A stretch of 54,702 bases of DNA from positions 5,002 through 59,703 of the forward strand of contig MU619395.1 in assembly GCA_025201805.1 (NCBI GenBank), in the 5' to 3' direction. Position 1 is the first letter of the stretch. The number at the start of each line of letters is the position of its first letter. Below the pieces are notes generated by a model. The model had not been told where the DNA came from. It ran no database searches and saw nothing but the letters and a program-made list of their open reading frames with translations. The stretch comes from Parasitella parasitica NRRL 2501 (taxonomy: Eukaryota; Fungi; Mucoromycota). Of this stretch, positions 11,866 through 25,530 are shown one piece after another. A program made the translations under genes and the position numbers.

Positions 11866-12561
11866 TTACTGAGTAGAGTTTATGGCGGCTTGGGCACCGT
11901 TAAAAGAATCCATGACATGCGCATAGCTAGGCATACGCTTAGCAAACAAAGCAGCCATGCCATTAATATCGTGTCTCCAATCGCGGCCTAATTCACAAGC
12001 AACAGCGAACCAGTTCATGAGTTGGACGCCAGCTTGTTGCATTCTCATCCAAGCAGCTTCACGGACAGGATCAGTAAAAGTACCAGAGGCATCAGTGACA
12101 ACAAAGACCTCAAAACCAGCCTTCTTGGCAGAAAGAGCAACAAAGGTAACGCAGACATCGGTGACAATACCAGAGACGACCAACTGCTTCTTACCAGTGT
12201 CCCTGACAGCCTTGACAAACTCATCAGAGTCCCAAGCATTGATTTGACCAGGACGAGGAATATAGGGAGCATTAGGGAACATAGCCTTGAGTTCAGGGAG
12301 CATAGGACCATTAGGACCATCTTCGCGAGAAGTGGTCAAGACAGTAGAAACGTTAAAGTACTTTGCAGTATCAGCAAGGCCCATAACATTGGTATAGTAA
12401 GAATCAGGGTTGTAGTCTTGAACCAACGAGAAGAGACCAGTTTGGTGATCAACAAACAAGAAGGCAGTGTCATTGAGGTTAAGACGGTTGTAAAGATCAG
12501 CAGAGACGGATGAGGCCAAGGCAGCAGCACCAAGAAGAGTAGCAGTGATAGAGAAACGCAT
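11866..12561 (-). CDS. YcaC-type isochorismatase-family cysteine hydrolase with an N-terminal signal peptide; intronless
   Basis: FVDHQTGL, TTSREDGPNGP, RPGQINAWD, SGIVTDVCV, VVTDASGTF and WFAVACELGRDWR motifs are collinear with bacterial YcaC. Hydrophobic leader MRFSITATLLGAAALASSVSA. Confidence 0.92.
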   Translation of the reverse strand: MRFSITATLLGAAALASSVSADLYNRLNLNDTAFLFVDHQTGLFSLVQDYNPDSYYTNVMGLADTAKYFNVSTVLTTSREDGPNGPMLPELKAMFPNAPYIPRPGQINAWDSDEFVKAVRDTGKKQLVVSGIVTDVCVTFVALSAKKAGFEVFVVTDASGTFTDPVREAAWMRMQQAGVQLMNWFAVACELGRDWRHDINGMAALFAKRMPSYAHVMDSFNGAQAAINSTQ

Positions 12562-14106
12562 TGTAAATTGATTGATTGATTAGTTAAACAGGTGAGAATA
12601 ACTGGAAAGAATTCATATTGGCATCTCTATTTATACTTGCTTTTGTTCTGAACGTTTGGTATTACTTCTGCTTTGCCACCAAGGATTTTTTGCATCAGGT
12701 CTTACTTTTCCCGGATTCTACTAGGATTTATAAAATGCTTGTAAGCGAGGAGGGGAATTATTCAATATTAAACGTCATACGCTTCAATATTGAAGTGAAA
12801 AAAGTGAAACCTATGAATGGAGAGCCCTATAATTCTCCACGGTTTTACTCTAAATACACAGCTTACAGTGCCTTATGACAAGATTATTAATTTTCCCGCG
12901 ATATTTAAACTTGAGATGCAGTTATAGTTTGAAAAGGAGCTTCGTATTTAATTTCCTTATCTAAGAAATGAAGGGTATTGCTTTTGATTATTGTCGTTAA
13001 TTTTTGTATTGGTGGTGTATGCCATATGTAGTACGTAATTCTGAAGCAGTATGCTTTTTCCTAATACATTAAGGAACAATTACCATGTTTTGCCAATGAC
13101 TAGGTAAGTTTCATTTAACCACCTGGATTACAAATAATCACCTAATGATTATGTATTAAGTTTTCAGCACTTCGAATTAGATACTTAGTCAGACCATTGG
13201 CAATAAATCAAAAATCATGCCATTCTCTGTCAAAACTGTGACATGATTACATAATAACAGCTTGGAATGCATGAATAATTAACAATGACTCTAACAGTGT
13301 CGATAAAAAGCGCATAATACAAACTTAATGCATGGAATGACTCTACAGGTTCTTCTAATCATGAACAGGAGCCTATTACTGTAAGATCCGCTAATGAAGA
13401 TTATAAATCCTATTTATTTACTACAAATAAAGTACATTCTGTGTTTTTAGAAAAAAGCTTGAATGATAAAAGAATTTCGAGTTGTAAAATAATATGGGAT
13501 TTGTGTCCTTGGAATCTACGCACTCTGAGAAAACTAACCAAGGTGAAGGTGAGAGAACAGCCAGTCCCCCCAAAATAAGGTGTTACTCTGTGGGATCCGC
13601 TATTCGCTTCAAACAACAATAAAAAGTTGCTTGAAATCCAAACTTGCACCATTGCGAAGAAATCATATAGCTGAGCGGAATCATTATTAGTCAGTGTATT
13701 GAGGTCTTAGATTCTATGCACGTTAAGGAGTCAAGAACAGCGATGAAGTAAACTCGACAACACTGTAAGTGAAACACAAAGAAGCCCCAAATTCGTAGTG
13801 AGATATATTGACGTTCTAGACTTTTTTTAGGCAGTAAAATATGTATATATTTAATATGTAGTTTGAGCCATAATCCGTTCAAATAAAGAAGAGTACATAA
13901 AAATGGAAAGCATATAAGTGGATGCAAGTATATCGGTTGTATGTATAAAAAAAAGCAAAAAATAAATGTGTACATGTGAAAAAAAGAAGAGATAGAAAGA
14001 GAGTGGAAAGGCGTAAGGCTTCTGTGATGGCAGAAAATTTTGTGTATGTTGGAGAATATCAAGCTCAAAGTGCATAAAACTCGTGAAAAAATGAATGTCA
14101 TGTTTG

Positions 14107-15645
14107 TTATGTAGAGATTTTGGAGTTGGTATTGGACTTAGACTTGGATTTGTTGAAGCGTGGGCTTCGACGCTTTTTTTCGTAAGAGTTAGAGGAGCCT
14201 ACATTTACATCGTCATCGGCAGCTTCTTCGTTGTCTTCTTGGTCATCTTCCATATCAACGTCGTTGATATTGTTTTTAGTGCTATAAGCTGGTGATTTCT
14301 GGCGTGTAGAATCTGTAAATACGGCACCAGAGGCTGGATTTTGGTGCACAAATTCGACAGGCAACATGCCACGCATTATCTGATTTGATCTGTGGTTCCA
14401 TTGAGATGACTTTTCGCCGTTATAATATGATTGAGACGTGTAACCGCTATCAGATGACTGATGTTGCTGTTGCAACGATGGTCTTTGGTGAAGGTGATGG
14501 GAATGATTATCTATGGGGCGCAATGTGTCTGCGTGGTTAGCTGCTGCATTAGTGTTACTATTTTCATTGTGTTTGGAAAAGGATTTATGTGCTTGACCAT
14601 TAATGCTAGAAGCGGGTATTTGCTCAGGTTGAAGAGGTAATTGTGCTGCTTCATCCTCAGAAGCGTGTCTTTGGCGTCTCATAACACTTTCTTTGTCACC
14701 GTAAGTATCAGCAGAACCACTGCCAGAACTACCGTTTCCATTCGAGTTGCCGTTAGAACTAGAATCAGCGATACTTCCACTATATTGATAAACGTTAAGG
14801 CTTAGAAAATTTGTGGTAGTTTGCGACAATTAGAAAACTAACCTTCCAGGAGATGCTTGTTTTGCTCTTTTCCTTGCTCTGCCAATAATGCGATTTGCGG
14901 CGTTTTGCTTTGATTTGAATTCGTTCAGATATTCTTGATAACGGTGATACTGAGGAGTTTGTCTGTATTGCTCCAGAGCAGCCAAGTATTCATCTTTGGC
15001 TCGCATTGCTCTACGTTCGTAAGATTGCTTTTCCATATGGCTCAAATTCTTCCATTGATCACCCACAATCTTTGCCAGTTCAGCAAATGACAAATTCTGG
15101 TTCTTTAACTCCGCGCGGGAATCGTTGGAAAACATGATGTAGGCCGAAGGAGGCTTTATAGGGGCATTGCGATCAGGTTTAGCATGGCGACGATATTTTC
15201 GTTTGGTGGGGACAGACTCGTTAGTATCGATGGAATCAGCATCATCATTGGACGATATGCTATTGCTGCGAGCCTGAATGGTATCGTGTTGATCGCTATT
15301 CGAGTTGTTGTTTGACGAAATACCAGGTTTACCGAGATAACTGCTTGAGCTATTAGTCATCATGGAACTATTCCTGCTATCAACAGATGAATGAACTTGG
15401 ACCGTTGACGGCTGTTGTTGATGCATTCGGGGTCGCATTGGGCCGGAACTAGAGTTGTTTCCACTGCTTGCGCTTGAATTTCCACCTATGCCGCTATTCA
15501 TACTACGGGGGCTAGTCAAGCCAGTTGTAATGCTATCATAGATGGGCAGGTTATTGGTCATCAAAACATTGTTGCTGTAAATGTTCCCGGAGCTATTACT
15601 ACTGTTTATTCGTCTCAATTCGTTTTTAACGGGAGAGTTGGACAT
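14107..15645 (-). CDS. HMG-box transcription factor, 2 exons (intron 14780-14842)
   Basis: PDRNAPIKPPSAYIMFSND...LSFAELAKIVGDQWKNL...YERRAMRAKDEY is an HMG box. S/N-rich flanks. The splice GGAAG|GTTAGT...TAG|TGGAAG keeps the frame. Confidence 0.9.
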
Positions 15646-18312
15646 CAGTTCTTGCGGACATTCGTACTCTTTTAGATTGAATGGTTTAGCAATTACAAAT
15701 TCTTCTTCACAAACGCCTAAGGAATCTTACTTGCGCCCATAGAATTGGTAATTAATGGCTGGTCAAACGGGATCCCTTTAACATTTGCAATTTCTCTTTG
15801 AATTAACTAGTAGATCACACAATGTTTAATCTTTGGGCTGTTGCGCAACGAATGGTTCTTTTCTTACCCGTCTGTGGCCTCGCTTTACATTCATGAAAAT
15901 CATGTCATCCTCTGTAATTTCCAGAAGCTAGCAAAGAATAAATAAGAAGTTTTAATTTTTTTTTAAAAGTCCATTTACCGAAGTGACAGAATCGAATCCT
16001 TCAGATAAAAAGATATCCAAGTATTGATCGAGATGACAATGATGAAGCAAATCGTCTACTGACTGATATCTGCAGTCAATGTAGTTGTTGTGCTGTGCTT
16101 GCAACGTTCGCATTGCCGTAAAGTCAGGTATTTAAGAGAATGATATATTAAACAAAATTATTGCTTGCTGTATGTTATTTTAATAATAATCAACGAAACA
16201 AAGAAACGCTTTCATAGAATGCTTTAAAACAAATGAGAAAAAGAAGAGAAAGCAACAGACAATTGGAATCGAGGCCGTTCTAATCCACTGAGGCTTTATA
16301 CCCATCCTTCAATATGGAAATTACCCAATTAAGGTTTTTTTTTTTTTTTTTTTCAAGATGACCAGCGACTTGCCGCCTTTTAATCCTTTGTTTTAAAATG
16401 AAAACTACTTCAATTTCTTATGAGTACTATACAGGTTCCTTTTACTGCTAGAACGGCACTTTTCGCCTTCTCTCCTCGCAATTTGCAAAAGTAGGTCAAA
16501 TACGATAAAATGCTGGAATATGAGATCATAGACGTTTATCCAAAACTGGAAGGCACGCTCTTTCAAATCAATCATTTGGAATCGGAAAACTGGCCTACAT
16601 CGGCCGATTTTGCTAGATGGAGAAAGAAGTACAATTTACGATCGTTTCTCCCTTGTTTTCAGATTTGGAATTGCTCACTTGGTTAAAGTTGCGCACTTTA
16701 CAAGTTTGATTTAAATGCATGTAATGTCGTAATCTTGTATTTATTCTATAAAAGTCTAGATAGCTTAAATAATGAATCTGCTAACTGGCTATGGCAATCT
16801 AGCTTGCACAAATATCGAGATGATCTACGCAATCATATATGTAAGTCCCATTGCTTGTATAACATGTTTCAACAGCTTATCCCTATTTTGTAATTTGACG
16901 TCCTCGACTTCAGCATGATCTAGTGTATGTTTTATATTCATAGCTTCTAGATTTTATTCGAATATTCCATAATATTACGGAGTTGGTAATATAATACGCA
17001 CAGATATCACTACTATACCCATGATATTTAGTCATGTTAACTCTCACAGGCCTTCATGGTAAGCAGATAACTGTCGACAGCATACACGTACGTCACGATG
17101 TACCCATGACCGCCGGGAGACGATATAAGACCAACTTTTGAAATACTTGGCACTCGACCATGATTAAATGTTGATAAATAAATTTTACATGGGCAGCTAA
17201 GCACCTACACCATTTTGCATAAACCGGTCATTGAGTCGTGATACATATAAATGTAGCTTTGACATTTTATAAGCATCACATTAACATTTTATTAAATTTA
17301 TCATGCAATAGAATGACTTGCGCAAGTTACCTCAATGATCGTTTTTGAGAACATTCCTTTTGAAGTACGCATGCTGATTGCGGATCTTTTGCTCGATGCT
17401 ACGCTAAACCATCCTTGCAGTACCAAGTAGACAATATAAATTTTGACTTATTTTTGCATTTGGAAATGTCCATTTTGTCCAAGTGTTTGTGAAGTCGTCT
17501 TCAAAATTCAAACCGATCTTTTGGAAGACTCTCCTACTGCTTAAGAAACTCCTGTTTCCAGTCAAGATCAGATAACAGACAATGAGTTTACATTGGATTT
17601 AGAACATCCTGGTGACTCAAACCTGTCAATCGACCATCACCCTAAACGTTCTTGCGAGTGCACTCTCATTTTAAGAGGCTATGAAGATACAACAAGCAGT
17701 GAAGCACCCTAGCAGTAAAGTACCCAGCAGTGAGGCATTGAGCAGCGCAGCTCCTAAAGATGATTCAAAGTGGATGGTAAGCGACATTTGTACCTTTGAT
17801 TTGTGCTTGAACCTAAAGAGCCAACCTTGTCCTTTTAATACGTATTTCCTTGCAAAAGGTCGCAACTGTTCTGATTGGTGTATGAATTGAAAAGTATGGC
17901 CAGTTAATCAGCAACATATGTATATTGTGTAAAGCCATTGTATTAATGAATGCATTAGCTCGCTACACCTACTCCAACTATGCAAAGACAACACGCTAGC
18001 TGTAGCTGCTGCTTCTATTCGCTATCCGGACTTACATAATCATTTTAAACGTAGTAGTCTTGAAGTGATAGGATAGAGTTTTTTTTATATATAAATAATC
18101 CATGTTGCTTGGCAATCGGCTTAATTACAAGCAGTTTTTCCGATCAGCAACTTGGACCTAGACATTCTATAAGCAAGACACAGACATTACAGATAACATT
18201 TCCAGCTATACAGTACAGAAAGAGATACTTTTTTTTTAATTCAATTTGTCTATAAAATGGTACGAATAACTGATATACAAAAATTTAATGGCAAACTATT
18301 ATGATTTTTTTT

Positions 18313-21300
18313 TTACTTGCGTTTCTTTTGAGATTTCTTTTGTCCACCCTTTTTAGACTTGACTGTAGTCGAGTCGCCATTAATATATTGCAAAACTTGA
18401 TCAATTGGAAGCTCGCCAACTTTGGGCTTTTGCTGCATTGGTTCAGGTACTGTAACAGGAGTGGCAAAATTATTTACGGCAGCATTGTCCTTTTCTTCAC
18501 GAGCACGTTGGGCAACAATGACAGCATTTGTTGTTAATTCCTTCAACCATAAATCGCTGTCCTTGGTTCTAGCGTCCTCGGGCCCAAGCTTCTTTTCAAA
18601 TACATCAAATGCAATACGCTCAACTGCTAAAGCCTTGGGGAAATTGCCCTCCAATGTGTACGATCTTGCAAGGACATGATATCCAGTGGCAGTGAGAACA
18701 TGGTCCTTGCCCAAAACTTGCTCAGTGGTGGCGCAAGCTCTTTCAAAGAATCTGGTACTGGTAGCATAATCGCGGAGAGATTGGAGCATTACACCAGCGT
18801 TATTCTACAACCCGCGTACATTAAGTAAATGGCCAAATTTATACACATAGTTAAACTTACATCGGCAGTCGAAGAATCAGGATGACCGGGGCCAACAAGA
18901 AGGTCCCAATAGTTCATTGCATGGCGAATGTAGCGAAGAGCAAGCTTAGTGCGGCCAGCAGCATGTTCAAACAAACCAAGATTGAGCTATATAAAAACAG
19001 AGGAAAAGGTTGGTTGGCTTACACTTTTTCAATGTCTTTCAACTTACATAGTGATGGATAGTTTCGGGATGGTCGACACCACAAGTTCTCTCAGCAGAGA
19101 TAACAGCTTTACGCTGAAGATCCAAAGCGGATTCACGGTCCTCACTATGATGGTAGATCATGGCCAGAGTAGCATAGCATTTACTTGTCTCAGGATGCAG
19201 GAAACCATACGTCTGTTCATGCAAGGATAAAGATTCGAGCAATAATTCAAGACCCAATTGTCTATGACCTTGAGCAATGCTCATCTTACCAGCCTCGAAG
19301 GTTTCCTCGGCAAAAACGCTTCTTGAAGACGCTTGTTTTACAGTGGGCATCAAGTTGAAGAAATCTTGAGGGATAAAAGTAGTTGTACGACGAACAGGGC
19401 GTTTGAGGGTGTCCTGCTGGTGCTTCTTGTTTTTCTTGCCGCGAGAATTAGACAGTTCTTGCTTCTTGCGATCGATGGCTGTTTGATAGGCAGCATCTTC
19501 AGTAAGATTAGCAGCACGTTCTTCCTCAGTATATGGTTTAGCGCGGTAGTCTCTAGTGCTTATTTGGATGCCGGTGCGGATACAAAGTTCACGAAGGGTA
19601 GGAGTGAAATTGAGTTTTTCGATAGCGTCATCCTCCAACTTGTAACGGAAACGAAGTAATACTTGTTGAGTTACGAGGGTCTTTAAGCTAGTAGGTGTAA
19701 TTTGTGCCCATTCAAAATCATTGCGGTAAGTGCCTTCAGGCAAGACAGGATGAGGCTTGGCATTGAAAGCGGTGCCGAGTAAACAGTTGAGGAAATGAGA
19801 TATACAAAGACTAGCTTGTTCAACAGGACATTTGCTGAGGTACTTGCGCAAGAGACGTTTGGAGGCACGAACAATCATTTCTTGAATTGAGAGCTGACGA
19901 ACATGTTCAATACGCTTGTCTTTGCTGATGGCAATCAATTCAGCGAGTTTACCGAGGTAACGCATGTTGATGCCACGGCGATGCATAGCCTTTGTAAGAG
20001 CGTCGCCATCCAAAGGAGAAATAGAATACGAAGCAAAGTCAAGCACAATACTAGGCACAATCTCCTCAACTAAAAATTTGGACGCATCGCGGATTATTTG
20101 CTCGTCTTGCTTGGTTTGCTCGCTGTCGGGTTGCTTGGCAGAGGTGAAAACATCCGTGTTGAAATTAAGCTTGTATTCATTGATATCAATTTTGATCTCT
20201 TCCTCCTCCTCCTTCTCTTCCTTCTCTTCCTTGTTTTCATCTTTTTGCTCTGTCTTTGTTTCCTCGTTGGCAAAGTCGGTAGCGGCAACAATTTTTTCCT
20301 CCTTGTCTTGTACAGCTCTCTCCTTTTTGATCCCATCTGTCTTGGTTTTGACCCACTGTCTAAATTTGTGCTCCCAGTACAAGCTCATCAATTCAGGTCT
20401 CAACAACGTCATCTTGTGAGGGTAAGCAGGTTTACCATCCTTTTCGACACATTCGTTTTCTTGAAACCCAATATCTACGGGATTCAATCTGTATAGATCC
20501 AACATATAACGACGGCCATCAGCACCGAGCAAACCCTTGGTTTCTTGGGAGGTGTATAGCTTGGATTCAGTGTTGCTCTCGTCGATGACAGTGTGCTCAG
20601 CTAAATGAAGAGATTTGGCAACATCCTTACTGAGTGATTCGTGGAAACCAGCATCAGAAGAGATCTGGACACCATTGTCCACAGAGCCATAGATGATGGA
20701 ATTTTCGTCATGACGACGGAAGATACCAGGAACGATGCTCTGAGCAACAATGCGCTCGCCTTTATAATCAACAATGACACTAGCCAGCGTGTACAAACCT
20801 TCTGAATCGATGCTATTCAAAATTTTGACGCCTTCCAGATCTTTGCCAGTAGCAACATGAGCAGCCTCATCAGCACCCAGCTGTTCAAAAGTACCGCGAC
20901 CATCATTTCCCTTACTGAAGAAAATATTGTTGTAAATGTACATGTGAGATTCCTCAGCTTCAAGAGGGTTCAAGGGGATAACTGATCCATTGGCAACCGC
21001 AATGGCACCACGAACAGCAGCCTCTGTAAACTCGGCTTGGACTTTAGTAATCAAGCGTTCACGCAAAACTCGTTCTTGCAAGTCGGTCTTGGGTAACTCG
21101 CGATGCGATTGCAGTTCGTCATTCCAATCACGAAGACTTTCAACAGCATCGGCACCAGCATTCAGATAGGTTTCGCAAGGTCTGGAGGGATCGTACAGAT
21201 GTTGAGGCATCTCTACAGCCCAAGGATGGTTGGGATAGTAGGTGTTGACGGGAAGTACTTCAAGCATATGATGGCTAGTGATGAATTCTTGCAACGCCAA

Positions 21301-22339
21301 GAATTTCTTCTGGAATAGTGGGGAGACCTTCTGCAGGAGCGTAATAAGAGAATGAGCAGAGGCTTTCTTGAAATGGCTGTGGGCGGGATCAAACTTGTTG
21401 TTGGTAGAGTTGTTGACAAAGAATCCCTTGGTGGATGCAGTAATGTGAACAATCTCATTCTCCAAGGTATTAACTGCCAAATACAAAAGATCGCCCATCA
21501 TCCTTTGTCTGTGAGGGACTGGATTCCATCCAGAGAGTGCCAGGCTCTTGATGCATTCTGGAGCGACTCGTTGGAAGCTGCTGGGGACAAGCTTTGAGAG
21601 TTTGAAGCGCTCTTTGATATCGACATTGGTGAATGCGTGTTCAGGAATAGGCTCATCAGAAAATAAATCGTCGATTTTCTTGTCTTCCTCGACCATTTCC
21701 TCATCTGTGTACATACACAAGTTAGTCCGGCTGATATGATTTGTCGAAATTAAGGTTTGTATGTATCCTACCTATTTCCCCTGTAATAGCTGTCAAAAAT
21801 GAAATGGCAGGATCAATGCCAATGGTGGATGGGTTGGGCTTATAAGGACCACCTAGCAAATCACGGAGACGGCTGATGTGAAGTCTAACATCACGCTCTG
21901 TATAATTGTCTTGAACCAGTTCAAGTTCACTCTCGGGCGTAATTCCCTCAATTTCACCCAGTTCCAAATAGTCGTTTACTCTCTTGCCTTTGAAGGCCAA
22001 GTAAAAGCAAGAATTGGCGCAAGTCTCTGGGGATTCCATGATAGACTGCTTGATGTCTTGAATGTTTTCACGAGGGCTAGTCTACAACGATGTCGCAAGC
22101 TGCCGTTAGCTCGATGTTTTCGCTGTATCCTGATTTGTAGCAAAAGAAACAATACTTACTATAATCTTGATATCCTCACCTCCTTCAGGCAACTTTATAG
22201 TAAGCTGGTAAGTTTCTTCCAGCACTACGGTATGCAATGATCAGCGACTACGAACCACCTGAACGATATTCCGCATCCTACCTTCTTCAGGGACATTATT
22301 GTCAGTCGCCTGCTGTTCCTTTCCTTGTGGGTCAGTCAT
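18313..22339 (-). CDS. CLU1: Clustered mitochondria protein CLU1/TIF31, multi-exon
   Basis: LALSGWNPVP...GDLLYLAVNTLE, RDWNDELQSHRELP, TLASVIVDYKGERIVAQSIVPGI, GLLGADGRRYMLDLYR, MHRRGINMRYLG and C-terminal TPR-like repeats. Confidence 0.95.
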
Positions 22340-22882
22340 ACTAACAACACAGTCTTTTGTTAGTTTACCATAATGCGAGCCCTCGACCCTTCAAATGAGA
22401 CTTACTCTCTTAACAGTGATGAAAGAAAAAGGAAAAAAAGTTGAATTCCATTTTGGCTAGGGGTGAAAGTATGTAGTTCGTCCCGCACGTCTCTGGGTTT
22501 GTAAAGCCCATCATTTCACACCATGATACTAATAGTCATTGAACGTTAAATGTGGATATATGTCAACCGCATTTTTCATTTAGCAAGTGTAACCTTCAGC
22601 GTTGAGTGGTTAAAAGCCTTAAAATTCATCGTTTTCGGTTGGAGTGTTCAAAGACATATATAAATATATGAATATATAAGCAGGGTATACCACCGTCCCC
22701 TCCCCAGCGTGGGCAAATTTATACCCTGGTTGATCCAACTCAGTTCCTTGTACGATGGAAGAAAAAGTTTCGCATTTATGCAAATAAAATATACATGGAT
22801 GGCATTTCTATTCGTATGTAGCAACATGTAATTTTATTCAAAGAAAACTAGGGCTACTGGTATCAAGTTGGATGGAGAGCCA

Positions 22883-23743
22883 CTACGCATTAATAATTGA
22901 TTTAGGATTTCTTATAAACAAACTGCCATTTCTTCGTTGTTTCTTGATTCTGTCTTGCCTAACTTCCTCTAGAGAGAACTCCACGTCACCGATCCTGTCT
23001 TCCAGACTGCATAGCATATCATCTACGCGTTTGTTGACATAAACAAGTTCATTTTTTGCCAGCCTGTAGCAATTATGTTGTTCTCCATGTGTTTTCGTTG
23101 TATGTTCCTTCAAATCTTTCTGATTCCGCTTATACTTTTCTAATTTGGAATGTAAATCATGACAACGATGCCCTAATTGCTGCGCAATAGAGTTTTGGGT
23201 TTGTATGCCCGCATTCAAATTACTGCAGTACTCCTCCAGCTTATCTACTTTGAAGTCTTGTGTCTTGACGTTTGCACTCAAATTGTCGCAAAAACTCTCT
23301 AATCGCTTTAATTGGCTAGACATTACAATGCTTGGCTTATCCATCAAACTTCGTTTAATGTCTAATACTCGATCTTCTAATTCCATGTTTTTCTTCTCGA
23401 GGTCCTTTTGCTTCGTTAACACTTTCTTAACGACAGCAAGAGTACTTTTGCTAACTCGAGGGCAGTCTTTTGTCTTTTGTTGGGCTAATATCTATTGTGG
23501 GTATATCATCGTATGAATTAAACAGCTTATCAAATATACATGTAGCTGTCTATACCTTTTTCTTTACCCATCGACGTCGTTTAATTGTTTCTTCTTGAAT
23601 CTTTTGGCGCAAAGCTGCAATATCTATCAAAATAAAAAATTAGCTACATAATGCGCTTTAAATCGAAAGCTCTTCTGTCTACCTTTTCTTAAAATACTTA
23701 GTTCTTTGAAGGGGCCTAAATGTGCTCGAGTCGTTAATTTCAT
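22883..23743 (-). CDS. Hypothetical coiled-coil protein, probably 3 exons
   Basis: A 179-aa heptad-rich ORF, preceded by two short exons with GT-AG introns from ATG 23743. No family recognised. Confidence 0.5.
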
Positions 23744-24821
23744 GCTACATAAATTATAACATGTATTTACAAACCCCTTAATTTACAGAAAACAAAGAGA
23801 GCAGTTGCCTGTATGCCAATAGCAATTAACGCATGAAATAATAGGTTTATGATATCTAAAGGAAGCATTTTGTAGTGAGAAGTTGAAAGAAAAAATCGTC
23901 GCAGTATATACATTCTTGGATACATATATATATGAAATTAATCTGACGTTGGCCATTGTTAAGAGGCTCCCATTCCAGAACAAACAATCCGATGATGTAT
24001 TCTTTATAAGCTTCTCATACACCACAAAGACGTCCTGCTTTCATTTGTATCGCTATCACAATGACGCTTAAAATTAATGGAGATAATACGTGCTTCGGAT
24101 AATGGTGCTTATTAATGATCAATATAAAGGATTAGTGACAGCATGATCCCTCTCAAATGGCGCACCACACATAAAGTCAATATTCTGTGTGTATATATAC
24201 TAATGCAACTACGAGCAGCTTTAATGGGGGTTATAGCACACATACAAATATGCAAGTCAAACAGGGAGTGTTTGTACAAAGCTTAAATCTTTTTATTTAG
24301 GCAATGGTCATATATATATACAACATACCTTGTAATAACCAACGATTGTGGTTCTGAATGCTCTAGAACGATTGATATCAAATAGTGCTTTTGTGAATTA
24401 ATATGCGCTAGATTTTGTTGTCAAATCCACACAGAAGGAGCATACACATGTTATGTTGGTGCAATTAAGGCTACCCACTTTTTGTCATTCTCCTTAATGT
24501 AAGTGAGATACCGCCTTGATGTTCCAAAACTACCCTCTTATAAGACGGTTTGGCTATCAAGATTCACACGGAAAGGTCGTGTAAGCACATGTTATAAGGC
24601 GTAGTTATTTGTATTTACCGATATAAATAAGGTTTTGGTGCCTTGTATTATGTACCTTAATGCAAGTAAGCTACAGCCTTGGTATACTCTGCTTTTTTTT
24701 TTCTAATCGATCATACTCTTTGCAGTTAGTCTATATGGTGGTTTTGCGTTAAGGATCAAAATGCAGTATATAAAGCACTGATTTGTCGTTTTAATTTACC
24801 TCTGCACATCAAACAATTGAA

Positions 24822-25530
24822 ATGACAGTTACTTTCAAAAATCTTAAACTCTACTACTTTGACAATGTCAACAACTCGTGTAAGTAGATGCTACTTGGTC
24901 AACCGTGTTTTTCAAATTAATTCATTCCACCTGGCAATAGCTATTTGCGGCCGTGGTGAACATATTCGGCTTCTTTTGAAAGATTCTGACATAGATTTCG
25001 AATACGTTAGAATAAATCTAGTAGGCAAAGAATGGACAGACTTAAAGCAAAAGCTGATCTCAGAGAAAAAGGCATCCTCGCCAACATTGCCTTTTATTAC
25101 AATCGATGGAAAATACTATGGTAAAGCTATTCCTATCATGAGATACATCTCCAACAAACTTGGAAAATACATTGCTGCCAACGATGAAGATGCCCAATTG
25201 GTTGATTCGTATGCAGACATTGTAATGGGCTGGGTTGATAGATGGGCCAATGCTTATTTCTGGAATCCCAATGAAGAGACTATCCAAAAGTATGAAAGTG
25301 TTCAAATCAACCAAGCCTATGACGATTTTGAAAACATCCTCGTTACTAATGGAGGCCCTTACCTACTCGGAAACACTATTACTTATCCCGACTTTGCCCT
25401 CTTCCATATGATTGAGGATGATGGTACAGCTGCTGCCAGATCTTCCACCCATCCTCATGTAGCTGCATTTATCAAGGAAATGCAAAATAGGCCTAATTTG
25501 AAAGCATACCTCAAAACAGATAGGAATTGA
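24822..25530 (+). CDS. Glutathione S-transferase, 2 exons (intron 24879-24940)
   Basis: LKLYYF...GRGEHIRLLL, TLPFITIDG and GPYLLGNTITYPDFALFH motifs. TATATAAA near 24766. Confidence 0.92.

Noticed and set aside
11957-12533. Several overlapping ORFs over the YcaC gene (likewise over CLU1 and MON2)
   Set aside because: These are shadow frames produced by the codon bias of real genes.
14107-15645. HMG-box gene as the Mucorales mating-type gene sexP/sexM
   Set aside because: The flanking triose-phosphate transporter and RNA helicase genes are absent, and the protein is a long, intron-containing HMGB-like type.
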